A stretch of 64,000 nt of DNA, taken from assembly GCF_023055435.1 (NCBI RefSeq), contig NW_025964361.1, forward strand, positions 40,486,001-40,550,000, given 5' to 3'. Numbering within the stretch: position 1 is the first letter of the stretch; each line of letters begins with the position of its first letter. The DNA comes from Haliotis rufescens. Its lineage: Eukaryota. The notes beneath the pieces are model-generated. The model had not been told where the DNA came from and made no database searches. It was given only the letters and a program-made list of their open reading frames with translations. The translations under genes were made by a program, and so were the position numbers. Below are positions 48,201 through 56,166 of this stretch, piece after piece.

Positions 48201-48426
48201 GCTGACTTGGTTGATGCATGTCATCGTATCCCATGCTCATGATGTCAATCACTGGATTGTCTGGCCGAGACATGGATTATGTACAGACCACTGACATATA
48301 GCTTGAGTGTGGCATTAAACATCTAACAAACAGATGGACAAAGATCACTATTTCATTCACTCTAGATTCTTCATTGTTCTTGTATGTTTCCTTAATTCTC
48401 TCAGTTCATCTTCCAAGAAGAAATGA
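54..48426 (+). CDS. THOC2: THO complex subunit 2, 5'-partial multi-exon gene (31 coding exons in window)
   Basis: Spliced translation matches recalled THOC2 motifs ([96 protein letters not shown]) and then a K/E/S/R-rich tail. All junctions are GT-AG and phases are consistent through TGA at 48424-48426. Confidence 0.97.
861..1059 (+). CDS. THOC2: THOC2 exon (NSGLSRV...[26 protein letters not shown])
   Basis: ttttag acceptor, gtaact donor, phase fits. Confidence 0.92.
1137..1478 (+). mobile_element. SINE family B (tRNA head, Meta/MESC-like core, CA tract, (CACCT)n tail)
   Basis: Shared with 25113(-), 41165 and 55873, and partially with 21316. The core assignment is from memory. Confidence 0.85.
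1714..1874 (+). CDS. THOC2: THOC2 exon (RHEGG...[23 protein letters not shown])
   Basis: cttcag acceptor, gtaaga donor. Confidence 0.93.
2522..2623 (+). CDS. THOC2: THOC2 exon ([10 protein letters not shown]...AKYIMK)
   Basis: tttcag acceptor, gtaagt donor. Confidence 0.95.
3048..3132 (+). CDS. THOC2: THOC2 exon ([28 protein letters not shown])
   Basis: tcacag acceptor, gtaagt donor. Confidence 0.95.
3451..3544 (+). CDS. THOC2: THOC2 exon ([31 protein letters not shown])
   Basis: tttcag acceptor, U12-type donor GTATCCTTTT. Confidence 0.95.
3545..4006 (+). other. U12-type (minor spliceosome) GT-AG intron
   Basis: Donor GTATCCTTTT at 3545. Branch site TTTCCTTAAC at 3987-3996, followed by AG at 4005-4006 with no polypyrimidine tract. 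The junction restores VLAF-CIIEA. Confidence 0.93.
4007..4087 (+). CDS. THOC2: THOC2 exon ([26 protein letters not shown])
   Basis: Follows the U12 acceptor, gtaagt donor. Confidence 0.95.
4461..4557 (+). CDS. THOC2: THOC2 exon ([12 protein letters not shown]...LKAGK)
   Basis: ttccag acceptor, gtgagg donor. Confidence 0.95.
4804..4972 (+). mobile_element. SINE family A (tRNA-derived head, (ACTC)n tail, about 170 bp)
   Basis: A/B-box-like head. Further copies at about 3163, 19568(-), 32008, 42810, 44430 and 57580. Confidence 0.88.
5150..5462. repeat. 17-bp minisatellite (GAGTAGGTGATGTGTTT)n
   Basis: About 18 copies, ending about 30 bp before an acceptor. Confidence 0.95.
5495..5612 (+). CDS. 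THOC2: THOC2 exon ([15 protein letters not shown]...ELLRQE)
   Basis: ttgcag acceptor, gtaggc donor. Confidence 0.95.
6062..6241 (+). CDS. THOC2: THOC2 exon ([14 protein letters not shown]...GKLYDQ)
   Basis: tgctag acceptor, gtatgc donor. Confidence 0.95.
6801..6965 (+). CDS. THOC2: THOC2 exon ([12 protein letters not shown]...YAHGIN)
   Basis: tcccag acceptor, gtgagt donor. Confidence 0.95.
7830..7889 (+). CDS. THOC2: THOC2 exon ([20 protein letters not shown])
   Basis: tcctag acceptor, gtatgt donor, 60 nt. Confidence 0.92.
8424..8518 (+). CDS. THOC2: THOC2 exon ([10 protein letters not shown]...KVWEDI)
   Basis: ctacag acceptor, gtacag donor. Confidence 0.92.
8778..9147. mobile_element. 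MITE with CAGTG termini (hAT-like) and an internal duplication of about 165 bp
   Basis: Termini cagtgtttgatgctaac and gttagtgtcgagcactg; direct repeat at about 8812-8968 and 8976-9131. Confidence 0.7.
9177..9303 (+). CDS. THOC2: THOC2 exon ([15 protein letters not shown]...DDNRDM)
   Basis: ttgcag acceptor, gtaagc donor. Confidence 0.95.
9338..9607 (+). mobile_element. SINE-like family C (no tRNA head; structured 5' module; (AACC)n tail)
   Basis: Related copies at about 270, 1880, 2780, 18010, 18970, 19060, 35952, 40250(-), 44160, 46845, 48110, 56530 and 59550(-). Confidence 0.85.
9795..10013 (+). repeat. DIRS left inverted terminal repeat
   Basis: Reverse complement of 15801-16013 with about 4-5 substitutions. 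Confidence 0.95.
10631..12330 (+). pseudogene. DIRS gag-like ORF1, frameshifted
   Basis: Fragments in ORFs 10533-11201, 11017-11589, 11780-11983 and 11997-12263 (MRRRWM...DLLALPY is typical of the DIRS ORF1 C-terminus). Confidence 0.7.
11051..11610 (+). repeat. Three tandem copies of about 189 bp inside DIRS ORF1
   Basis: 63-aa repeat [10 protein letters not shown]...[11 protein letters not shown] in ORF 11017-11589. Confidence 0.92.
12440..14130 (+). pseudogene. DIRS pol: reverse transcriptase, RNase H and N6-adenine methyltransferase-like domain, disrupted
   Basis: PVGGRL..W; [13 protein letters not shown]; [19 protein letters not shown]; PYLDDWL; [12 protein letters not shown]; HINVLELRA; MDNQTA; HLPG-like [14 protein letters not shown]; VDLFAS...DAFQLDW. 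Multiple stops and frameshifts, plus a deletion near 12730. Confidence 0.93.
14120..15200 (+). pseudogene. DIRS tyrosine recombinase, disrupted
   Basis: [55 protein letters not shown], and frameshifted FIKPYQLD. Confidence 0.92.
15673..15767 (+). other. DIRS internal complementary region (ICR)
   Basis: 15673-15713 is the exact reverse complement of 9795-9835; 15714-15767 is the exact reverse complement of 15987-16040. Confidence 0.95.
15801..16040 (+). repeat. DIRS right inverted terminal repeat plus 3' extension
   Basis: Inverted copy of the left end; 15987-16040 is complementary to the ICR. Confidence 0.95.
16280..16427 (+). CDS. THOC2: THOC2 exon ([12 protein letters not shown]...HWFLSRE)
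   Basis: ttgcag acceptor, gtatgc donor. Confidence 0.95.
16797..17037 (+). mobile_element. SINE family D (tRNA-like head, V-SINE-like GTGGGT...TTTCCTCCCA body)
   Basis: Second full copy at 30180-30462; eroded copies at about 23580, 31130, 51700, 56210 and 63110(-). Confidence 0.8.
17278..17432 (+). CDS. THOC2: THOC2 exon ([18 protein letters not shown]...LICYDR)
   Basis: ttgcag acceptor, gtaaga donor. Confidence 0.95.
17443..17995. repeat. 112-bp tandem repeat, about 5 copies, containing the family C 5' module
   Basis: agtatg recurs at 17581, 17693, 17805 and 17917. Confidence 0.95.
18467..18595 (+). CDS. THOC2: THOC2 exon ([24 protein letters not shown]...FEK)
   Basis: ttttag acceptor, gtcagg donor. 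Confidence 0.95.
19774..19911 (+). CDS. THOC2: THOC2 exon (ECFGYPGF...HKWHFRLTK)
   Basis: ctgtag acceptor, gtgggt donor. Confidence 0.95.
20256..20746 (+). mobile_element. HINE-like element
   Basis: TATCCCC/GGGGATA inverted repeats, GTCT microsatellite, internal duplication, and a 3' hairpin GTCATC-tttt-GATGAC. Confidence 0.75.
20785..20853 (+). CDS. THOC2: THOC2 exon ([23 protein letters not shown])
   Basis: tgtcag acceptor, gtgagg donor. Confidence 0.95.
21152..21267 (+). CDS. THOC2: THOC2 exon ([19 protein letters not shown]...YALAMG)
   Basis: tttcag acceptor, gtaggt donor. Confidence 0.95.
21703..21778 (+). CDS. THOC2: THOC2 exon ([25 protein letters not shown])
   Basis: taacag acceptor, gtgagt donor. 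Confidence 0.94.
22220..22304 (+). CDS. THOC2: THOC2 exon ([11 protein letters not shown]...KRESN)
   Basis: cttcag acceptor, gtaggt donor, phase fits. Confidence 0.88.
22488..22719. mobile_element. MITE with TA-flanked inverted termini
   Basis: tatactgagacactg..aaaacgcata at the left and its inverted copy at the right. Confidence 0.65.
22781..23384 (+). mobile_element. Non-autonomous Helentron (HINE/DINE-1-like)
   Basis: Subterminal inverted repeats TATACCCC/GGGGTAT, a nearby partner inverted repeat, (GTCC/GTCT) microsatellite, three central repeats of about 170 bp, and a 3' hairpin GTGAGC-cct-GCTCAC. Confidence 0.8.
23932..24097 (+). CDS. THOC2: THOC2 exon, K/E/D-rich tail
   Basis: ttacag acceptor, gtgagt donor, purine-rich open frame. 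Confidence 0.9.
24729..25078 (+). CDS. THOC2: THOC2 exon, K/E/S-rich tail
   Basis: ctgtag acceptor, gtacaa donor; overlaps ORF 24763-25107. Confidence 0.88.
25113..25437 (-). mobile_element. SINE family B with TSD
   Basis: TSD tccaatgattgga at 25100-25112 and 25438-25450. Confidence 0.9.
25603..26171 (+). mobile_element. Eroded HINE-like element
   Basis: Repeated TTGAAGGTCAAGGTCA motifs and a GGGGAC...TTTCTAGTT end. Confidence 0.5.
26269..26312 (+). CDS. THOC2: THOC2 exon ([15 protein letters not shown]), with an alternative in-frame donor after 26336
   Basis: tttcag acceptor; KRRKID motif as recalled from vertebrate THOC2; donors gttagt (26313) and gtatgt (26337). Confidence 0.88.
30180..30462 (+). 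mobile_element. SINE family D
   Basis: Homologous to 16797-17037, with an ACTC tail. Confidence 0.82.
34532..34567 (+). CDS. THOC2: THOC2 36-nt phase-0 small exon ([12 protein letters not shown]), possibly a cassette
   Basis: catttcag acceptor, AGG|gtaagt donor, frame-preserving. Confidence 0.7.
34965..35495. repeat. Minisatellite of about 28-bp subunits with an 83-bp higher-order period
   Basis: cagagctgcactggtgtc recurs at 35161, 35244 and onward. Confidence 0.93.
36340..37162. repeat. 28-bp minisatellite (GTACTGACCTTGCTGCACAAGTGTTTCA)n
   Basis: About 29 diverged copies. Confidence 0.95.
37165..38832. repeat. 38-bp minisatellite with two sequence subtypes
   Basis: About 44 copies; CATACTGACAGG type on the left, CATGCTGATAGG type on the right. 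Confidence 0.95.
39381..39541 (+). mobile_element. SINE family A with 12-bp TSD
   Basis: TSD cctgatgacact at 39369-39380 and 39542-39553. Confidence 0.93.
40359..40421 (+). CDS. THOC2: THOC2 exon ([21 protein letters not shown])
   Basis: ttttttag acceptor, gtaagc donor; KERKR-DHS junction resembles vertebrate THOC2. Confidence 0.88.
41165..41534 (+). mobile_element. SINE family B with TSD, inserted into an older palindromic element
   Basis: TSD tcgaaaccaatgga at 41151-41164 and 41535-41548. Confidence 0.92.
42262..42430 (+). mobile_element. SINE family A with TSD
   Basis: TSD tcatccacaagc on both sides. Confidence 0.92.
43722..43779 (+). CDS. THOC2: THOC2 exon ([19 protein letters not shown])
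   Basis: attcag acceptor, gtaaga donor. Confidence 0.86.
44160..44412 (+). mobile_element. SINE-like family C
   Basis: Homologous to 9338-9607. Confidence 0.85.
45419..45587 (+). mobile_element. SINE family A
   Basis: Near-consensus copy. Confidence 0.9.
46556..46656 (+). CDS. THOC2: THOC2 exon ([33 protein letters not shown])
   Basis: ccacag acceptor, gtgggt donor, phase 1 to 0 fits. Confidence 0.82.
47471..47532 (+). CDS. THOC2: THOC2 penultimate coding exon ([20 protein letters not shown])
   Basis: ttacag acceptor, U12 donor GTATCCTT. Confidence 0.86.
47533..48404 (+). other. Second U12-type GT-AG intron (last coding intron)
   Basis: Donor GTATCCTTAA. Branch site TTTCCTTAAT at 48387-48396, ending 8 nt before the intron end (CAG at 48402-48404). 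Confidence 0.88.
48110..48330 (+). mobile_element. SINE-like family C, inside the second U12 intron
   Basis: Homologous to 9338-9607. Confidence 0.85.
48405..48426 (+). CDS. THOC2: THOC2 last coding exon (SSSKKK*)
   Basis: In-frame TGA at 48424-48426 after the U12 acceptor. Confidence 0.85.
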
Positions 48427-51400
48427 CCTGTGATAACAGACGAGCAGAACCAAGACTCGTCGTAACAAGTTTTGTATATCTTGTACATATATACACACAA
48501 AGTATTTTATTTTTGTGTACAGACATTTCCTCTTGAGACAAGTATACCTAATTTTCTATCATCAATTGTGCCTTCATGTTTACATAGATGAAGAAAACAC
48601 AGTATTAGCGAGACTGTCACAGTAGTGTGAATCTCACGACAGCAGATCAAACAGTCATTTGTCAATATAGCCATTGACTTAGATTAATTGTTACATAGTG
48701 TCACGACTTGGCTAGGTTGGTACTGCAATACTTAGTATTGGAGGAATTTGTTGTCACATGTTTCATGTCACTTTGTTTTGAGAATGGCCTGTTTGTCCGT
48801 GCACTATTTCTGATTGAGATTTGGTTGTTTCAGAATGACAAAAAATTTGGGGTGTCACAATATGCTTCGAGATGCATCTGTGAATCGTGACAACCCTTAC
48901 AAATAAACTGTGAAGGATATTGGATTGCAAGATACAAATGTACTTTGACCTGAAAGAGGCCAGCTGACTTGTTCTAAGCTTTCCTGTGTTGAGCTGTAAA
49001 AGTGCTGACGCGGCATTAAACAATACTGCCCTATTCTACATGGTTGTTGATATATGCAGTCCAGGTTGTTGTGGAGTTCGGGGCAGAGAGGTGACCTGGA
49101 TTCCATGAGATGTTTGCAAAGTCTGGATTAAATATTTAAGAAATGGCAATGAATGTCGAATGATGCTATAGGTGGACATTCAAATATTATCGGTAATTAA
49201 TCTTAGCTGCATGCTCACGTCAGACCATGCTTTTGAATTGGTTGGGTTTTTTAACTACAACTGACAATGTGTTTTCAAGATCAATGTAAAGAAAGTTTGT
49301 TAAAATTGTGTACATAGCAAGTTTAAGAAACATCAGAAAAGGAACTTGTAGATTCAGTGGTAGTCTTTTATGTATTGAAAATATTTTAAAAAAATAATTA
49401 AGTGATACACCAAGCAACATTGATGACAATATTAGCAATTTCGATATGTTATACAGACACATATCTATTAATATGTGATATTCTGTTTATTCAGAAGTTA
49501 ATGCCCATTGGCATAAAACTCTCATTTCCAAGAAAACATGTAAATATGAGACAAATTATTGGTACATCAAGATGCAAGTCCAGGCAAAACTTGCAACCTT
49601 TGCTTCAGGAGGAGGCTAAGGTAATGGCAGCATTTTAGACGAATTTATTACCATGTGCCAATCTGTAATCATCTTATTAGACATTGTTATGGGTACAAGT
49701 GGACAAAGAGGATTGAAATTTCAAGAAAGATTACTCCTAAACACAAACTGTTTATATGACTATAATTTGTCTTGGTTACAGTAAATGCACGAGTTTTATT
49801 TGCAAGAATTCATTAAATTCATGGAACTCAATGAATTACTCACTGCATTTGTTGTGTGTTGGATTCATACTTTCATTTTCATGATATTACATATTATAGA
49901 AACATCCCATTTTGATCATTGAAGAGTGACAGTGGACTAAATGCCTATCTGGTTGAACCATATGTCGTTGTGTTGTAATAACGTGAAAGGATCATCTGTG
50001 GTTTTAGTGGGACATATACATTTGTGAGTTGACTGGCATGCGTTGTCAGTAACATTTAGCCATAGAGTTCACTGTACATTGGGGAAGTAGATGGTGCTCT
50101 CACTTATCACAAAGAGAGTTCGGTTCCATTCCCATAACCATGATTTGATGTGGTTCAGATTAACTGCCAAACTTTAGTTGTAGAATTGCTGAAAACCGAA
50201 ACATGATGGCCTTGTTCTTATAATGCTGTAAAGAAGCCATTGTTGGCATGGAGTCAAGATTCATAAACATTGTAGGGTTTGACTTTATTAGTTCGATCCA
50301 GCTAAAGCATTTTACTGTTTTACAAGATGCTGTTTTGAGTGGTATATGATTGCAATGATCATTAAAAAATAGCCAGTAAAGCATTCTTATACATGGTTGA
50401 CCAAGTGTGCTTTGGCAACACAATTTGCTCTGCTGTGTTGTGTCCTTTAGAGATGTCAGGATCTGCTTAAGATTTGAATCCCAGATTCAGCCAGATAAGG
50501 TTCCTACTTTGTCAGCTCCATTCCTATGCTTGATGTGGTTAATACCAGTAGCTTAGTGAGCATCACTTCGTCCCTTTCTCCAATATAAAGCTGTATGTTC
50601 ATTGTTACTGAAATATGTTTCAACTCAACGCCCCAACTCACTCTGTAGATAGCCAATGGCTAGCCAAGCGGAGATGCTAGCATCAGTATTGTGGACAGCC
50701 AGTTATTGTGTACACTGGTCAGTACGTATGTAATACCTTGAGTCACAAGCTCCCCCCATCTATGCTATATGAACACCACTTCTTGCCATGGTCTGCCCCT
50801 CAGGGAGATGCCACACCTCAACATGTCTCCATCCTTAAACACAGGTTTGTTATATTTTGTCAAAGGATGCTTTGATGAATGGAAAACAGGGAACACATTT
50901 GTGAGTAGACCTAAGATGGGTATCCATTTTGAAGTGTTTTGTCTATCCCTGAAAAAAAGTGTTTTTTCTGTTTCTGCAATATTAGATTGACATTTACTTC
51001 TTCAGTAATAGCTGGTTATGTCTCTGAAACCTCAATCATAAATTACTGTTATGGTTGTTATGTTTGTCCATGTAATTGATTATGGTCGATTTGTCCATTT
51101 CTGTAACAAGGTTGATATGCGTTTTATTGTTAAACATTGAATTGGTCGTAATGTGAATAATAATTCTGGTGTACATTAGACATTGAGGAGATGTAAAGCA
51201 GTAGGTGGTGTATCATTCAAGTATGCCTACCTCTTTTTGTGATGGGGTAGCCTAGTGGTTAAAGCGTTCTCTCGTCATGCCAAAAACCCGGGTTCGATTC
51301 CCCACATGGGTACAATGTGTGAAGCCCATTTGTGGTGCCCCCCGCCGTGATATTGCTGGAATATTGCTAAAAGCGGCGTAAAACCATACTCACTCACTCT

Positions 51401-53760
51401 TTCTGTATAAAAGGATCTAATGACGCTGCCTTACGGTAGTATGATGTAAAGCTATTGGTGCACATGATGTCAATGGTAAAAGGTTTAAAAAAAATTTCAT
51501 ACTTCATTTCCGATAGGGGTGGTAAGGTAGCTTTGTGGTTCAGGCTTTTGTTCATCCAACAAAGACAGGGTCAGTTCCCCATTTGGGTCTGTATGTGACA
51601 TGTTACAGGGCTAGCTCACAGCTTGTGATTTTTTTCTTTTGGTGTTCTTGAACGATCCTTTAAAGTTTATTCCTCTTTTGACATGACCCAAGAAACTGGT
51701 TGGGGCATAGGTGGCCCACTTGTTTGGGCTCTGCAATTCCCTCAATCTCCTTAAATCGGATCTTAAAACTCACTACCACTTAACAAAGATCTGAGGACAT
51801 CCTGTTGCGCAACAGAATGACATTTCAACCAACCAATCAATCTTTTGGCATGGAAGAATTCTAGTTTTTTGGTTGGAATCCTAGATTTTGATGCTTGGTT
51901 TGTCAGAACCAAACCTGTTTGGGTTTCTCCAAAGTGGTAAGCTTCCAAGACATGTCAGTTTGGGATTCCCTCTTTCATAGAGCTGACATGCTGTAAAATA
52001 TTTAAACAATGTTCAAAGTTTCAGTAAACTCAATTCTCTTAATCACTCATTCTAAGACTGGTCTTTGACAGGGTCACTTTCTCTCATCATGATGTATCTA
52101 TTTAGGTTTAGGTGAAATCTCTAACTTTATGGAAAGGATTCATTCAAGGATGACTGTTTTATCATTTCATTGACAGTTATGAATTTTTACGTCTTTATCA
52201 AGTTATCTTTTCATTGACATTATTATATCTTCATACAGAATACCTCATGAACATTTCATATGTATGTTTAGTTAATTCTCTTGAAGAAATATCATTTTTT
52301 ACTTTGATAAGTGTATCCTATGTGTTATTTTATTGTCAGGATGGGAGGTATCCACAGTGCTATGATCACTGTCAAACTAGTAACACTTATCACCGAACAA
52401 TGTGCCATATAATGTTTTGATGAGACAGAAAGAGGGGGATGTTATACAGTTTTTAGAAATGTTAGAGCTGAATAGATAAATTGAATAGAAAAATGAATTA
52501 TTGACTTAAAAAGACAGGAAATTATATTTCTTGATTTATTGTTTACATAATTCAAGTACACTGCCAATTGTTCTTGAAATATTCAATAATTTGAACTGTA
52601 CGAAGTTCACTCCTATTTCTTCTATTGCTTACAATTTACAGACTGTTTCCATTTTGTTTTTCAAGTTGCATTTTCAGTCAGTTTTCAATACATATTTCTG
52701 TTTTAACCTTGTCTAGGTGCAGTGAAAACCTGAAACTTACATTAGAACTTGGTGAATGTGTGTGAATAATATGAATGCTCATCAGTTGGTTTGTAAGACT
52801 TTGTGAAGTCGTTCCGGATATTTTTGTTGACCTGCTTTGACATGGGTATGTGTCAAGTACTTAAGACACAGTGAACAAGCAATATTAAGAAGGCGAAATA
52901 TACACCTGGAAAATAATTAAGCACTATTTATTTCCATATCAATAGACATGCATTTTTTAAGAATGTATCCTGCATTTAATTTTGACAAAACACATTGACT
53001 TTTGTGTTTATGGTCACTGTATGGTTACTGTAATTGATTATGTTATTTCATGTTTGGTAACAGCAAAGTGTCTTTCAGTGCTACCTCTGTATCTTTCTAT
53101 TACATGTATATGATGTGAACTTGTATTTGCAACCATGTGGAGAAAACGGTATTCTTGTACCACCTTTTCTTCAGGAAGCAGTGGTATGTTAGATAATTAT
53201 TAAAGTTATATCAATGTCATGTGTACTTATTACCAAAATAACTACGATCCAAAATTTAGGGATATATGAAGATATATATGTTTAATTTTTCTAGGTGTAT
53301 ATTTGATATGTCATTCATCTCAGGAACCATTGAAGGGAAGGTAATGACATTATTTACACTCTGTTAATTCAAAGAAGTGAACTTAGTGGATTTGAAGACT
53401 TCCGAAATTTATCAATATTATTACATGTCAGTTACCAATTGAAAAAAGTCATTGGTTACTTGTGAACAAAAAATGTGTTTTAGATTTTGATAATATTGTG
53501 ACAGTAATAGGAAGTCTTCAGTTACAAGATACCCTATTTGGTTCCTTGAGCTTCAGTGCCAGTGATGGCAGGAGTAATGCAGCTCAGCTGTTTGAGAGTG
53601 TTGAACCCTCACATGTGAGGGGTGCTTGTACTGTCTGTCAGCTGTCCAAGTAATGTCATTTGTACATTGCTTCAGAAACACCTATACTACTCAATGTGTT
53701 CATACATTTTATGAATTGTAATTAAACTTTGTACAGAAGTTGATTTGTCTGTTTTCTGTT
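48427..53760 (+). other. Probable long THOC2 3' UTR
   Basis: AT-rich, rich in TGTA, repeat-poor. AATAAA near 48902; ATTAAA at 53721 followed by a GT/T-rich tract. The end point is inferred. Confidence 0.4.
51241..51399 (+). mobile_element. SINE family A (in the putative THOC2 3' UTR)
   Basis: Near-consensus copy. Confidence 0.9.
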
Positions 53761-54831
53761 AAGATATGCATGAAGTTATGAAAGTTCCTGGGTTAGACCC
53801 TTGCCAGTGTTTGTGGGATAAAAGTCAAGAAGCTGCACCACTTTGGACTTCCCTCACCTATTAAGACCAGACTTTATAATACTTGGTATGTAATCTGTCA
53901 ACTCAAAAAATTCAAATGTGAAACAAATATTGCTGACGAAAGGTGACTTCGCACAACTATATTTTGCCGATTTATTTTTACAAACATGAGTTTGCATGTA
54001 TGAACACTGAGCAAAACAGTTTGCAAACTAGTTTGTAAAGTTTGACAATCTTGACGAGAAAAAGACTTGGTCTATTTTTAGAAATGTTTTGCCAAACATT
54101 TTAGTGTTTTCGAACTTAATTTTGACTTGTGAATGGTTGTCAAACATATTGGTTGACAACATTCTATCTGTGTAGATAACACATGATGCTACAAAGTGGC
54201 ATCAACATTTAAGAGAATAGAAAGGGGCGACTTAAGTAACACATATTTGTCTCATGTAAACATAAGTTGTCAAACCATTTGAAGTTTGCCTGGTCTTGAA
54301 GCCGCCTTCAGAGAAAATTTAATCTTTCCTCCAACACCAAGCAGCTGATAAGACATAAACAGGCAGACACCACAGGAATCTGAAGATCTGATTAGAATAA
54401 GGAAATAAAAACATATCTTTCTTTTAACTGTCAAACTTCTCATATAAAATACATAAATAGACTTTGTCATTTGAATGTGAACTTCAGATTTCTGTGTTGA
54501 AACTCCATACAAACCATTGTCAACTGACATTCAATGTTTCAAATATGAATATAGTTTTATTTCATTACACAGTACACAGCTTTTTATAAGTATATTGAAT
54601 TTTCAGAATACTGATAGACACTAAATTACATTTCAGCTGAGAAAATCTACATCCTTGAATAAGTGCTTAAAACCTCAGATTTGATTGCACTGAAACAATC
54701 TTATTTTCTTTAAGATAGATCACTTTATGGACAGTTTCAAAGTTATTAAGGTAAGCTGATATGCAGCATCAGAATATAACACCACTTTGGGTGGGAAATT
54801 CTTTGATGTGTTGATACATGTGATGTATTCC

Positions 54832-54871
54832 TCATGTGCATTTCCGTGTATCGAAGAACAGCACCAGTATC
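54832..54871 (-). CDS. MIF-like exon 3
   Basis: ccttgcag acceptor, TGA at 54834-54832; minus-strand AATAAA near 54561-54556. Confidence 0.82.
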
Positions 54872-56126
54872 CTGCAAGGACATGATGGGTACAGTGAGTG
54901 AGTGAGTGAGTGAGTGAATAACATGAAGCACTGCAGTCAGTTATGTTCCAGCTCATGTATATCATGGCATCCTTGAATTAGTGTGACCAGACCATTGTGT
55001 GGCAAAGAAACAATTCACACCATGACCTGCTGTCGGCCAAGCTGCCAGGCCTGACTACCTGGTCCTCTTTAGCTGACAAGCATGGGATATGGAGACAACT
55101 GTTTACCTATTTCTTAAATCGCCCACCTTTCCTCAGGGACATTAAGCCCTGAAGCTGACCTGGCAATTTGTGTTGTCCAGAGACACCTGGCCCTGGTCTA
55201 AAACTAACAAGCTCACCTGTACTGGAGGCTTTCTGCCCTGTTTGCAGTTGAACTAGAAACATGCTCACCTGTTATGGTTGCTGCCATGCCTGCAGTTGAT
55301 AGCAACAAGCTCACCTGTTCTCACGGTTGCTGCCATGCCTGCAGTTGATAGCAACAAGCTCACCTGTTCTCACGGTTGCTGCCATGCTTGCAGTTGACCT
55401 TGTAACAAGCTCACCTCTGCTCAATGCCCTGCCCTGCCTGCAGTTGATTTAGCAACAAGCTCACCTGCACTGACCTGCTTGCTTGTCCTCGAGGGTACTG
55501 CCCTGACCTTCCTGCAGTTGATATAGCAACAAGCTCACCTGTTCTCAACAGTGCTGCGCTGACCTGCTTGCAGTTGACCTTGCAACATAGATGTAACTCC
55601 TTGCTCTCAAGGACACTGCCCTGAACTCCAGTTCACCCAGCATTATAGCTCACCTGTCCTCAGGTATCCTGATCTGAGCTGAAATAAACTTGGCGATATC
55701 TGTGGCCAGCTCTGGTTTGTGCTCCTGACTGGCCCGGTTACTGTTGTGGTGGAGGTCAATGTTCATCATGGGGGCAGTGGATCCAGCTCGCATCATCTGG
55801 GCCTCTAAGTGGAGCTCCAGGGTCACATTCTAAACAAACAGTGGATCATGTCAAGAAGGTTCTGAGACCACAGACCGCCTCCATGGTCTCGTGGTATAGC
55901 GTCTGCCAGGAGGGCGGAAGGCCAGTGGTTCGATCCCCGGTCGCGTCATACCAAAAGACGTTAAAAGATGATACGTGTTACCCTTCTTGGAGCTCGGCAT
56001 TAAGGGGCTAAAACAAGGACTGGACGGCTCGGAGTCAGTATACTGTGTCTGAGTGGGGTGTTCATTCGGCATGGTATCTCAGTGGGCTATCACTATAAAT
56101 CAGGATCAGTCAGGACTAGTACAAGC

Positions 56127-56166
<40 letters not shown>

